Source: an uncultured Gemmatimonadaceae bacterium (GTDB taxonomy: Bacteria > Gemmatimonadota > Gemmatimonadetes > Gemmatimonadales > Gemmatimonadaceae). Taken from it: 64,000 nt of DNA. Below the pieces are notes generated by a model that was not told where the DNA came from, made no database searches, and was given only the letters and a program-made list of their open reading frames with translations. The position numbers were made by a program, and so were the translations under genes. This document shows positions 48,434 to 59,067 of this stretch, piece by piece (the stretch's first letter is position 1; each line of letters starts with the position of its first letter). Location of the stretch: contig CAWFQK010000004.1 in assembly GCA_963817955.1 (NCBI GenBank), forward strand, positions 1,120,001-1,184,000, written 5' to 3'.

Positions 48434-49135
48434 ATGCCTGCGGCACTTCATGCAACGAGCGGGACGCACATCATCGAGATCGCCAACGGGGTAACGCTCA
48501 CCGGAGATCTCATAATTCCCGCCAATGCCAAGGGCTTGGTGATCTTTGCGCACGGGAGCGGGAGCAGCCGGCTGAGCCGGCGCAACCAGCGCGTGGCGGC
48601 CCGGCTGCACGACGGCGCGCTCGCCACATTGCTGTTCGATCTGCTCACGATCGCCGAAGACGTGATCGACGAACGGAGCGCCGAGCTGCGGTTCGACATT
48701 CCGCTGCTCGCCGAACGACTGGTGCAGGTCACGGCGTGGGCTCAGGCCCAGCCCGCGACGGCTCCGCTTCCCGTCGGATACTTCGGCTCGAACACCGGCG
48801 CCGCCGCCGCACTGGTTGCCGCGGCTATCCGGCCGGAGCGCGTTCACGCCGTGGTTTCGCGGGGCGGACGGCCCGATCTGGCGGGGCCATACCTCCCTCA
48901 CGTGAAGGCGCCGACGCTGCTCATCGTGGGCGGCAACGACGCGCCGGTGATCGGCATGAACCAGACGGCTCTGGAGCGGCTCTCCGCTACGCCCAAGGAG
49001 CTCGTGATTGTCCCCGGTGCGTCACATCTGTTCGAGGAGCCTGGCGCGCTGCACCGCGTGGCCGCGCTCGCTCTACGCTGGTTCGAGCGGTACCTGGGAG
49101 ACGCGCCATCGCTGAGTGCAGCGGCGTCATCCTGA
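48434..49135 (+). CDS. Dienelactone hydrolase-like alpha/beta protein (PRTase-associated type)
   Basis: FAHGSGSSR, VSRGGRPDLA, PTLLIVGGND, GASHLFEEPG. Confidence 0.88.
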   Translation: MPAALHATSGTHIIEIANGVTLTGDLIIPANAKGLVIFAHGSGSSRLSRRNQRVAARLHDGALATLLFDLLTIAEDVIDERSAELRFDIPLLAERLVQVTAWAQAQPATAPLPVGYFGSNTGAAAALVAAAIRPERVHAVVSRGGRPDLAGPYLPHVKAPTLLIVGGNDAPVIGMNQTALERLSATPKELVIVPGASHLFEEPGALHRVAALALRWFERYLGDAPSLSAAASS

Positions 49136-49184
49136 AGATCCTTTGGTCGGTTCGCTTCCTCAGCACCATTCAACGGAGGCTCAA

Positions 49185-49883
49185 ATGAAGACCAGGATTG
49201 CAGCACCCGCCTTCGTGGCGGCGCTCATGGCCGGAAGCATGCTGGGATGCAACCAATCGTCGGAGCAACAAAAACGTGCCGCGGACAGCGCCGTGGCCGC
49301 GGCAAAGACGCAGGCCTCGACGGTGGCGGGAGAAGTGATCAGCGCCCGCCGCGAGGCGCAGGGATTCTTCGACAGCGCGCACACCAGCTTCGTGGCGAAG
49401 AAGTACAAGGAGGCAGCAGCGAGCCTGCATGAGGCTGCAATCTTCGCGCGCCAGCAATCCGACAGCGCGACTGGCGCGGCGAAAACGGCGCTCGCCAAGT
49501 CAGCCGACGAAATCGAAAACCTCTCGACGCGCGTGGCGCGAGGCCGCGTGACGTCGGTCCAGACCGTGGACCGCGCATTCGCGCGCATGCAGCTCGCCGA
49601 GGCGCAGCATCACTACGGGCGCGCGATGGCGGATTGGGTCAACACCAACGCCGGTGCGGCGAGCGCCGAGTTGACGATGAGCATCGATCACTTCGAGCGC
49701 GCCGTTGCCGACGCCGGCCTCAAGCTCACATCCGAATCGAACGCGACCGTCATGGACATGAGAAACCTGGCCGCCGATCTCGCGAAAGGGGTCAAGGTGG
49801 ACAGCTCGGCGTTCGAGAAAGAACTCGATGCGTTCGACCGGGAGATTCAGCACGTTTCCACCAAGGTGTCCGCGTCGAAATGA
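49185..49883 (+). CDS. All-helical lipoprotein of unknown function
   Basis: GGAGG RBS; MLGC lipobox; Ala-rich helices. Confidence 0.65.
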   Translation: MKTRIAAPAFVAALMAGSMLGCNQSSEQQKRAADSAVAAAKTQASTVAGEVISARREAQGFFDSAHTSFVAKKYKEAAASLHEAAIFARQQSDSATGAAKTALAKSADEIENLSTRVARGRVTSVQTVDRAFARMQLAEAQHHYGRAMADWVNTNAGAASAELTMSIDHFERAVADAGLKLTSESNATVMDMRNLAADLAKGVKVDSSAFEKELDAFDREIQHVSTKVSASK

Positions 49884-49897
49884 CCCCGCGGAAGGCG

Positions 49898-50842
49898 TCA
49901 GGCGAGCTCGCGTAGTGAGCCGCCCCTGATGAGGTGGCCGATCGCCGTGGCCACGAGTGGCGCGATCGACACGACCTCGGCGTCGAGTCGCGAGGTCGTG
50001 TCGCCGCGCGGCTCTATGCTATCGGTCACCAGCAATGTGCCGACACCGGCGCGGGACATCTTCTCCAACGCGCCCGGCGCAAACACGGCATGCGTTGCCG
50101 CGACCACGATGTCGGGTAGCACTCCCGCCTCGCGCAGCACCCGCACGCTCTCGGCAATCGTTCCGCCGGTACTGATCATGTCGTCGATGATGATCGCGCG
50201 GCGCCCGGCCACGTCTCCCGTAATCCGGCTGACGCTCACCTCGCTGCCGCCCGTCCGCCGCTTGTGACAAACCGCGACGGGCAGCACCAGGCTCGCTGAG
50301 TAGCGGTTGGCCAGTCGAAGGGCACCCAGATCAGGCGCGACGATCACCCCATCCGCGCCCACGCGCGAGCGTAGCGCCTCCGCGAGTGCCGGGATCGCGG
50401 TGAGGTTGTCGACCGGAACCCGAAAGAAGCCCTCGAGCGCCGGGGTGTGGGCGTCCACTACGACTACGTGGTCGATGCCGGCGCGCTCGAGCAAATTGCT
50501 CACGAGGCTGGCCATGATCGGCGTGCGGCGTCCGTCGCGCCGGTCGGAGCGAGCGTAGCCAAAGTACGGAACGATGGCGACGATACGGGCGGCGTCGGCA
50601 CGCCGGCACGCGTCGGCAATGGCCAGCAATTCCACGAGATGATCGTTCACCGGCGGGGACGTGGCGGCAACGAGGATGACGTCGCGCCCGCGCACCGTAT
50701 CGTCGAGCTGCACCGACACCTCACCATCGGGAAAACGCTCGACGGTACAGCCGGCAAAGGGCAGCGCCAGCTGGCGCTCCACCAACGCCGCCAGTGCGCG
50801 GCTGGCCGATCCGGCGACGAGTGTTGGCGTGGTCTCGTGCAT
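49898..50842 (-). CDS. prs: Ribose-phosphate pyrophosphokinase
   Basis: FPDGEV, PYFGYARSDR, VAPDLG, IIDDMISTGGT, ATHAVF. Confidence 0.93.
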   Translation of the reverse strand: MHETTPTLVAGSASRALAALVERQLALPFAGCTVERFPDGEVSVQLDDTVRGRDVILVAATSPPVNDHLVELLAIADACRRADAARIVAIVPYFGYARSDRRDGRRTPIMASLVSNLLERAGIDHVVVVDAHTPALEGFFRVPVDNLTAIPALAEALRSRVGADGVIVAPDLGALRLANRYSASLVLPVAVCHKRRTGGSEVSVSRITGDVAGRRAIIIDDMISTGGTIAESVRVLREAGVLPDIVVAATHAVFAPGALEKMSRAGVGTLLVTDSIEPRGDTTSRLDAEVVSIAPLVATAIGHLIRGGSLRELA

Positions 50843-51021
50843 GACACTCTCCCTGTGGCGTGGAGTCCACACCATACAGTTGCACATGCGGCACAGGAGG
50901 GGAGTCCGTGGACGCACGCGGTCACGTCAGGAATATATCGTTGAAGAATCCTGACACCCCGACTCATGGCCACCGACAGCGACGGACGCATTCTTGCGAT
51001 ATCGTGCGTCGGGAGGAATAC

Positions 51022-52002
51022 ATGGCCGCGACCACGAGAGCCTTGTTGAGCATCGCATCATTATCCAACGCCGAAATCGCCGCGCAATTGGACGGAGTCG
51101 CCAACCTGCTCGAGGAGCAGCACGCGAGCCCATATCGCGTGCAGGCGTGGCGCGGCGGCGCGGTGAGTGTCCGGCGTCTGTCGCGGCCCGTGCGCGATCT
51201 GTTACGCAACGAGGGACTGGAAGGCCTGGACCGTCTTCCCGGCATTGGACCGGCGCTGGCGCGTGCCGTCCGTGAGCTCGCGGACACGGGTCGCCTCTCG
51301 ACGCTCGAGCGGTTGCGCGGCGAGAGTGATCCCGTGGCGGTGCTCGCCGCGGTGCCCGGCATTGGGCCAACCCGGGCCCAGCGCATTCACGATTGGCTGG
51401 GCGTGGACACGCTCGAGCAGCTCGAGGCGGCGGCACATGACGGGCGGCTGGCGCGCGTCAGTGGGCTCGGCGATAAGCGGTTACGCAGTGTTCGCTCCTG
51501 GCTGGCGGCGCGGCTGCAGGCGCGCCGGCGGCCCGGAGATGACGTATCGCTCCCCACGATCGAGGAATTGCTCGACGTCGATCGCGAATACCGCGAACGG
51601 GGCGGCGTGGACGATTTGCCGAAGATCGCTCCACTCCGCCACAATCCCCAGGGCGAACGCTGGCTCCCCATTCTGCACACGATGCGCGGCACACGGCACT
51701 ACACCGCGCTGTTCTCAAACACGGCTACCGCACACCGGCTGGGCCGCGCACACGATTGGGTCGTGATCTACTTCGATGGTGGCGACGGCGAGCGGCAGTG
51801 CACAGTGGTCACGTCGCTCAAAGGTCCGATCGCCCGCCGACGGGTCGTTCGCGGCCGCGAAGATGAATGCGTTACACACTATCATCGGGCCGCGAACGAG
51901 GCGTTGCTGGGCCGGATGGCTACGCGACGCCGCTGGTCTGTGTGCCCACGCGATCAGCCCCCTTCGCCGACATCGCATTCCGAGGTTCTTCAGTCACGGT
52001 GA
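51022..52002 (+). CDS. Helix-hairpin-helix protein with PolX-like N-terminal domain and uncharacterised C-terminal domain
   Basis: SNAEIA..L..YRVQAWR, LPGIGP, VPGIGP, VSGLGDK; C-terminal YTALFSNT..DWVV..RVVRGRE. Confidence 0.8.
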   Translation: MAATTRALLSIASLSNAEIAAQLDGVANLLEEQHASPYRVQAWRGGAVSVRRLSRPVRDLLRNEGLEGLDRLPGIGPALARAVRELADTGRLSTLERLRGESDPVAVLAAVPGIGPTRAQRIHDWLGVDTLEQLEAAAHDGRLARVSGLGDKRLRSVRSWLAARLQARRRPGDDVSLPTIEELLDVDREYRERGGVDDLPKIAPLRHNPQGERWLPILHTMRGTRHYTALFSNTATAHRLGRAHDWVVIYFDGGDGERQCTVVTSLKGPIARRRVVRGREDECVTHYHRAANEALLGRMATRRRWSVCPRDQPPSPTSHSEVLQSR

Positions 52003-52909
52003 CCGGGCGGCGGAGCAGCACCGGCAGTCCGCTCGCCCGAATGACCTTGTCGGCGACGCTCCCCATGACGAGGCGCGACATACCACGGCCGTGGGTGGAC
52101 ATGGCAATCGCATCCACCTCGTGGGCGTGCGCCGCATCGATGATCGCCTGTGCGATCCGGGGATCCACGACGACCTCGCTCTTCACGTCGGTGACGCCGC
52201 GCTCGGCAAGCGAGCTGACGGCAGCGGCCATTTCCTTCTTCGCCTCCGCCACGAGGGGCCGCGTCGCGGCGTCATCGGGGATGAACGGCGTCGCTGCGTA
52301 CGGCATGCCTACGTCCGTGATGATGAGCGGCACCGGCTGCACCACCCGCAGGAGGAACAGCCGCGCGTCGTTGCAGCGTGCGAGATCGCACGCCGGCCCG
52401 AGCGCACTCGCGGCAAGCGCAGATCCGTCGAGCGGCACCAATACCCGCTTGAACAGCTTGCGCGGCGCGCGGCGCGCACCCTTGGTCTTCGCCGCACGGA
52501 GCATCAGGACGGGAACGGCGGAGCGCCGTATAACCCCGTCCGCCACGCTGCCGATCCAGGCGCGGCTGATGCCCGTTCGACCGTGCGACGTCATCACGAT
52601 GAGGTCCGCGCGCACGTCGTGCGCGCGCGCACAGATCATCTCGACGCACTCGCCACTGACCACCGCGTGCGTGGTCGGGACCGCTGCCCCGGTCTCGATC
52701 TCGACCGCGGTGGATGCGAGGTACTTCTCTTCGTCCTTCCACTGCTCGGCATTCCATGGGCCGTCGTTGAAACCGGCGAACGGGAAGGGCTGATGCACCA
52801 GCGTGACATCAATCGCCGCAGCCGACGCGCGTGCGATGGCCGCCGAAATGCCAATAGCCTCCTCGGCGAGGGCCGAGCCGTCGAGTGGAACGAGTATGCT
52901 CTTGAACAT
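51920..52909 (-). CDS. Tandem-domain universal stress protein
   Basis: ILVPLDGS twice; MTSHGRTG..GSVAD and MSTHGRG..GSVAD. Confidence 0.93.
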   Translation of the reverse strand: MFKSILVPLDGSALAEEAIGISAAIARASAAAIDVTLVHQPFPFAGFNDGPWNAEQWKDEEKYLASTAVEIETGAAVPTTHAVVSGECVEMICARAHDVRADLIVMTSHGRTGISRAWIGSVADGVIRRSAVPVLMLRAAKTKGARRAPRKLFKRVLVPLDGSALAASALGPACDLARCNDARLFLLRVVQPVPLIITDVGMPYAATPFIPDDAATRPLVAEAKKEMAAAVSSLAERGVTDVKSEVVVDPRIAQAIIDAAHAHEVDAIAMSTHGRGMSRLVMGSVADKVIRASGLPVLLRRPVTVTEEPRNAMSAKGADRVGTQTSGVA

Positions 52910-53065
52910 TGACGTCTCCAGGTGGGAGCTGAACGCTCCGACGATACCTGCCCCCCGCAACCGCCGCAGTCGGCGTTCGCGGCCATTGAGTGCGCATTCG
53001 CCTGTGGTGATCGTGGGCGAAGCGCTGACCTTCTCCGCACCATTCACGATGAGGATCACGCAATC

Positions 53066-53488
53066 ATGATCAGCAACCACCCCTCCGGAGGTCTGGGAAA
53101 CGGCGCCGCCACGCCCGCCGAGGAACAGCGCGTCATTGCCGAGGAGGAACGAACGTCAGGCGAACGGGAGCGCCGCCACGAGGAGGATTCTCGGCGGATG
53201 GCAGAGGAGCACCGCGCCGAAATCGAAGCACGGCGCGTCGAAGCGGAGAAGATCCGGAAAACGGCGGAATCGGCACGCGCGGTCGCCGAGGAAGCACGCC
53301 AGACCGCGGAGGAAGCACGGGACATCGCGGAGAACTCGCGAAAGCAGGCCGAGGCGGCGCGCAAGGAGTTACAGGCGCTCGAACGCGATCAGCATGAACA
53401 GCGGGAAGTCGTGCGCGAGATGCAGCAGACGCTGCAAACGCTGGAGGATAGCCAGGCGGAGCGCGGCGGGAAGAAGCCACGGGGCTAG
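53066..53488 (+). CDS. Coiled-coil hypothetical protein
   Basis: Heptad AEEAR repeats; E/R/A-rich. Confidence 0.6.
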   Translation: MISNHPSGGLGNGAATPAEEQRVIAEEERTSGERERRHEEDSRRMAEEHRAEIEARRVEAEKIRKTAESARAVAEEARQTAEEARDIAENSRKQAEAARKELQALERDQHEQREVVREMQQTLQTLEDSQAERGGKKPRG

Positions 53489-53507
53489 CTGGAAGGCAGA
53501 CGGGCGT

Positions 53508-56351
53508 TTACGTCGGATCGCGCAGTCGCGACACAGCCGCCGCCTCCAAACGCGGCTCGCCGCAATGCTCGGCGATGGCGGCCGTCGCCCGATTCCGCAG
53601 ATCGACCGCTCCCTTCCAGCCTGATTCCGTGGCGCGAAGCGGCTCGCCGATCCAGACGTGCACGATCCCCGGATGCGGAATGTGCGTGTCGGCCGGCAAC
53701 ACTTGTCGCGAGCCGCTCAGCGCGATCGGGATGACGCTCGCGCCCACGGAGACGGCGGTCTCGAAAGCGCCGAGCCGGAACGGCCGCAATCCACGCACGC
53801 CGGAGAATCCGCCTTCCGCAAAGAACGAGCTGCGCCTCCCCGCCGCGGAGTCGCTGCTCGATCGACTGCGCGTCAGCGACGCTCTGCTCAACGTGCCAAC
53901 GATCGACGGTAATGTGCCGGCCACGCCTCGCGATCGCGCCGATCACGCGCCAGGAGAGAATCTCGGTCATCGCCACGAACACGAAGTCCATGGGCAGCGT
54001 GGTGAGGAGGACCGGCGTGTCCGCATACGACGTGTGGTTCGTCACCAGCACCACCGGGCCGCGCGGCGGCAGGTGCTCCGCGCCCTCGCGCTCCACGCGA
54101 CAGCCGCTGATCGCTAGCGCAATACGCGCCATGAGCCGGCACAACCAACGCACGGGCTGCCCCTCCGGCACGGCGTATATGAGCACGAGAAACAGCGGCC
54201 CGAGCAGCAGCGAGCGCCAGGCTCCAGACGGCAATGAGATAGGTCGCCTGCAGCACGCGCCCCACCCGCCGTGCCACCCGGCGCGCCGTCTGCGCGACCG
54301 CTCCCAGCGCTAGGCCGAGGCGGAGTTTGAACGGTACGAGGCGTCGGCCGCTGATGCGTCCCGCCTCATACGCTTCGCGCGCCGCCGCGCGCCGGATCTT
54401 ACCGCTCGGCGTCTTGGGCACCACGCCCGGCGGCACGATGCATACGACGTCGGGCGGCAGCCCGACCTGGCTCGCGACACGCGCGATCGCCTCGTGCTCC
54501 AGCCGGTCGCGCTCGTCGCTCGACGTGGTGTGCGACTCGGCGAGCACGATCAGACGCTCGGTTCCGCTCGTTTCGTCGGCGATGCCGAACGCTGCCACGC
54601 ATCCCTTGCGAATGCCGTCGATTCCGCCGACCACGTCCTCGATCTCCTGCGGCACCAGGTTGCGGCCGCCCTTGATGATGAGATCCTTCACACGCCCGGT
54701 GATGTAGAGCTCGCCCTCTCCGTCAGATCGCACATCGATACGCCAGGTCGCCGCTGTCGATCCAGCCATCAGGCGACATGACGCGCGCAGTGGCCGCCGG
54801 ATTCCGATAGTAGCCGGCCATGCACGACGGGCCGCGGAACAGCAGCCGGCCGACCACGCGTTCGGCCACGTCGTGTCCGCCGTCATCGATCAACCGCACC
54901 TCATGCTCGGGGAGTGGACGTCCGACGGAAACGAAATGCAGGGGGGCGATGCTGTCGTTCGTCGCCGGCAGCGCGCGCCCGTCGAGAGCGAACGGCTCAC
55001 GCTCGACCGAATCGATGCGCGGCGCGCGTCCCACCGGCGGGAGCGAAAGTGCCACCGCGCACTCGGCGAGTCCGTAGACTGGAAACATCGCTTCGCGGCG
55101 AAAACCGTAGCGCTCGAACCGACGAGTGAACCGATCGATCGTTGCCGCACTCACCGGTTCCGATCCGTTCGACGCCAATCGCCACGACGAAAGATCCAGC
55201 CCCGTCAGCGACTCGTCGCGGATCTTCCGCACGCACAACTCGTAGGCGAAGTTCGGCGCGGGGGAGAGCGTGGCGCGCTGTTGATGGATGGCCCACAGCC
55301 AGCGCTCCGGCCGGGCGAGAAAAGTGAGCGGCGACATGAGCGTGAGCGGAAGGCCGTGCACCATGACGTTGAGCCAGGTGCCAATAAGCCCCATGTCATG
55401 ATAGAGCGGCAACCAACTCACGGCGGCGTCGGTGGGGACCATCTCCACGCCCGCCGCAATCGCGCGAATGTTGGCTAGCAGATTGTCATTCGATAACAGC
55501 ACCCCTTTCGGGTCGCCCGTGCTGCCGGACGTGTACTGGATGAGCACAGGGTCCGCGCCCTGGCCTACGGACGGCGAAATCGGATCGGCGCTGGTCCGCA
55601 GCGCGTCGGCCGTGACCACGGTGTGGAGCGCTGGTGCCTCGTGCCGGAGCAATCGTGCCACGCCCGTTGCCTCGGGCATGGCGATGAGCACGCCAGACTC
55701 GGCGTTGGCGAGAATGCCCGCCTGACGCTGGAGGTATTCGCCGATGCGATCGAGACGGGCCGGCGGATACAGCGGCACGGCAATGCCGCCCGCGGCGAGC
55801 ACACCCATGAAGGACTGAAGGAAGTCGAGCCCCGTGGGCAGCATGATCGCGACCGTTTCGCCGCGCTTGACGCCGCGTGCCGACAGCGCCGCGCCAATTC
55901 TCATGGCACCATCCCAGAGCTCGGCGTAGGTCACTCGCTGAGCGCCGGCCTCGCCATACAGGAATACGTGGACGCGCGCCGGCTCGGCCGTCGCGCGGGT
56001 ACGGAGTGCCTCGACGAGTGTTGGGAGGTCGCCCGTCTGAAGCGCGGCAGCGGGAGCGGGAGTCGGCGCCGCAACGCCGGGGCCGGCCCCGCGCAGCGGC
56101 GGAGCGTGTGGAAGCGCGCGCGCGATGTCGCGCGCCGTCTCGAGCAGGAGAAAGCTGTCGGCGAGCTCGCGCTGCAACGCCGCCTCCAGGCGCATCAGGA
56201 GCTCGACACGTTCCAGGCTACCCAGTCCGATGTCCCGTTCGAGCGACGCGGTAGGCGTCACGGCGTTCGCGGCGCGATCGCCGCCGAGTTCGCGCGCCAG
56301 ATCGCGAACGACGGCGACGACCTGCTCCTCGACCGTACCGTCAGACATCAA
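53508..56351 (-). pseudogene. ACP - fatty acyl-AMP ligase - PlsC acyltransferase fusion broken by three frameshifts (real or sequencing error)
   Basis: GLGSLERVEL (ACP), QYTSGSTGDPKG, WLPLYHDMGLIG, SGDL / GRVKDLII / NHTSYAD / FAEG in successive frames. Confidence 0.85.
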
Positions 56352-56390
56352 TCATGACCTCGTCGTCGTCAGCGGAGGGGTCTGAACGAG

Positions 56391-57005
56391 CTAGTCGCCC
56401 CGGCCGAAGTCCTTGTCGTGGTTGAAGACGTACGTCCGCACGGCGAGCTTATGGTCTGCCGCGGCCCTGGCAATGTCCAGGGCGCTGACGAGCCCAACGA
56501 GACTGTCGCCATCGGTGACGAGCACGCGATGGATGCCTTTGCGGTTCATCAACTCGGCGGCGGCGGCGGTATCGGCGTTGGCCGATAGGGTGCTCAACGG
56601 TGCGCGCGTCATGACCTCGCTCACGTCGTGCTCCTCGAGGGCGTTCCACTCGGGGCCATCCACGCTCGTCATGCGCTCCGCGACATCCGCACCGACATCG
56701 TCCCACATGTCCGAGAAGTACGCGCTCGCCGGCTCGCGTTCATCTTCCACATCCTCTTCGACCGATGCATCACCCCAGACGTCCGAGTCATCGCGGTAGG
56801 GATCTCGCTGCGTCGGCACGCCAGACAGCGCGCTGGCGAATGTCATGAGGTCATTGCCCGTGACGACGCCAATCAGCCGTCCACCGCTCACAACGGGGGC
56901 GCCACTCACGTGGTTTCGACCCAACAGTTCCATCGCTTCACGCACCGATGTTTCCGGAGAGACGGTGAGGACATCGGTCGACATGATCTCGCGCAGCCGC
57001 AACAT
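56391..57005 (-). CDS. CBS domain pair protein with acidic insert
   Basis: REIMSTDV..VSGAPVV; VSEVMTR..IHRVLV. Confidence 0.9.
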   Translation of the reverse strand: MLRLREIMSTDVLTVSPETSVREAMELLGRNHVSGAPVVSGGRLIGVVTGNDLMTFASALSGVPTQRDPYRDDSDVWGDASVEEDVEDEREPASAYFSDMWDDVGADVAERMTSVDGPEWNALEEHDVSEVMTRAPLSTLSANADTAAAAELMNRKGIHRVLVTDGDSLVGLVSALDIARAAADHKLAVRTYVFNHDKDFGRGD

Positions 57006-57077
57006 GATCCACCTCCTGGTGACTGGAAGGTGTGTGGCAGCCGATCTTCCGAGCGTCGGTATATGCCCCCGGCGCGA

Positions 57078-58172
57078 TCAGGCTTTGCCCGCCCCCAGTG
57101 CGCCTTCGATCATGACAAACTCGGCGACGTTGTCAGACGTGACCACGCCCGCCAAGTGTCCATCCGCGAGCACCGGCAACGTGTGACAGTGACATTCGCG
57201 CAAGCGTGCCAACGCCCGCGCCACGGGTTCGTGCGGCGTCGCGGTACTAAAGGACTCATCCATGGCGTCGGCGACGCGCGAATCTCGTCCCAGTCGCGCC
57301 AGGCCGGCGAGCAGGGCTCCGCGCGTCAACACGCCAATCACGTGGCCCTCGACGACCACGGGGAAGTCGTGCTGGAATCCGGCGAGCACGTGATGCAGCG
57401 CCACGTCAAGCGTGTCGGTGGGCTCGAGCGTTTCCACATCTCGAATCATTACGCGATCCACCGTCACGCCGGACAGAAAGGAGCGTTCCTGCAGGCCGGT
57501 GGACTCCGCGGCTGCGCCCAGCCACACGAACAATGCGATCACGACGAGAAATGGGTTGTAGAACAACCCGACGATCCCGAACAGCAGCGCAAAGGCGCGT
57601 CCGACGCGAGCCGCCGCCTCGGTGGCGCGCAGATACGTAGTGCGCAACGCGAGCGCGGCGCGCAATACTCGGCCGCCATCCATGGGGAATGCGGGCAGCA
57701 GATTGAACACGAGCAGCGAGATGTTCACCCACATGAGCTGGGCGGGCAGCGCGCGGCCCCCGCCATGTTGGAGCGTCTCGTTGGTGAGCGTCGCCGGCAA
57801 GCCGAGCAGACCTACCACGATGTAGAGGATCAGGATGATGCCGAGCGTGACGGCCGGCCCCGCTAGCGCGATGGCCAGTTCCTGCTTCGGCTTTTCCGGA
57901 ATGAACTCCAGTCGTGCGACGCCACCAATGGGGAGGAGTGTGATGTCGCGTGTCGGTACGCCAAACCGCCGGGCCGTGAGCGCGTGCCCGAACTCGTGCA
58001 GCACGACGGACGCGAACAACGCGATCGTGAAGATCAGCCCCTGTGCCGCGCCCGCGACGGTGCCGGTCTGACGATAGGACACGAGTGCCAGCCACGCGAG
58101 CAGGATGACGAACGTCGCGTGAATTCGCAGATCGATGCCGCCGATCTTGGCCACCTTCCACGACCACTTCAT
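57078..58172 (-). CDS. Site-2 protease (M50) with CBS domains, Rip3-like
   Basis: HEFGH, LLPIGGVA, FNLLPAFPMDGGR, C-terminal CBS pair. Confidence 0.93.
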   Translation of the reverse strand: MKWSWKVAKIGGIDLRIHATFVILLAWLALVSYRQTGTVAGAAQGLIFTIALFASVVLHEFGHALTARRFGVPTRDITLLPIGGVARLEFIPEKPKQELAIALAGPAVTLGIILILYIVVGLLGLPATLTNETLQHGGGRALPAQLMWVNISLLVFNLLPAFPMDGGRVLRAALALRTTYLRATEAAARVGRAFALLFGIVGLFYNPFLVVIALFVWLGAAAESTGLQERSFLSGVTVDRVMIRDVETLEPTDTLDVALHHVLAGFQHDFPVVVEGHVIGVLTRGALLAGLARLGRDSRVADAMDESFSTATPHEPVARALARLRECHCHTLPVLADGHLAGVVTSDNVAEFVMIEGALGAGKA

Positions 58173-58202
58173 CGATCCTCCCCGAGATGGATGGATGAAC
58201 GT

Positions 58203-58910
58203 TCAGCTGACGGGAACCGCCTCTTCCCCGTCCCCCTCGACCAACTGTGCTGATGCAGACGCCGAGAGTCCAACCGTCGCCCGCGCGAGTATCCTCTGCA
58301 CTTCTGAGTCCAGCACCTGCGGAAAGCTGTCGTACCAGATTCCGATCGCGTAGAGGTCGCCCGGGGTAACGACGCAGACGAGCTCGTCCCCTTCGCGACG
58401 GAGCTCGGCGACCACTGACAGTTGCGCGACTGGAACAGCGAGCACCAGCCTCGCCGGCTGCTGGGCGCGGACGACGGCAATGGCGGCCCGCACGGTGGCG
58501 CCGGTCGCGATCCCATCGTCAACCAACACGACCGTTCGCCCGTGGAGCACCGGAGCAGGGCGGGTGTTGCGATAGAGACGCTCGCGGCGGTCGAGCTCCA
58601 GCCGCTGGAGCGCGGTCGCCTCCTCGAGCAAATCGCTCGTGACACCGCTTGCCATGATGATGTCGTTGTTCAGGACGCGCACCTTCCCCGCGCCAATCGC
58701 ACCCATCGCAAGCTCCTCGTGCCAGGGAACCCCGAGCTTGCGCACGTTGAGGACGTCGAGCGGTGCGCCAAGCGCGTGCGCCACCTCATACGCCACCGGC
58801 AGCCCACCGCGCGGAAGGCCGAGCACGATGACATTCTCATCTTTCAAATGGCCGAGCAACGCGGCCAGCTTGCGGCCTGCGTCTGCTCGGTCGATGAACC
58901 GCTTGGGCAT
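58203..58910 (-). CDS. Phosphoribosyltransferase family protein
   Basis: DRADAGRKLA, LGLPRGG, RKLGVP..ELAMGA, LVDDGIATGAT. Confidence 0.92.
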   Translation of the reverse strand: MPKRFIDRADAGRKLAALLGHLKDENVIVLGLPRGGLPVAYEVAHALGAPLDVLNVRKLGVPWHEELAMGAIGAGKVRVLNNDIIMASGVTSDLLEEATALQRLELDRRERLYRNTRPAPVLHGRTVVLVDDGIATGATVRAAIAVVRAQQPARLVLAVPVAQLSVVAELRREGDELVCVVTPGDLYAIGIWYDSFPQVLDSEVQRILARATVGLSASASAQLVEGDGEEAVPVS

Positions 58911-59067
58911 GGTCCCCCCCTTGCCTGTGTGGTCAGGTACACCATGCGGCCCGTGCCTGCGTGCGCGCGTCGGGAGAAGCCTGAACTCGCAACGCCGGAC
59001 CCCGACGCCAGAATAATGACAGGCGCGTATCGTGGGTCGCTGGCAAACCACAACCACGAGGCACCAC

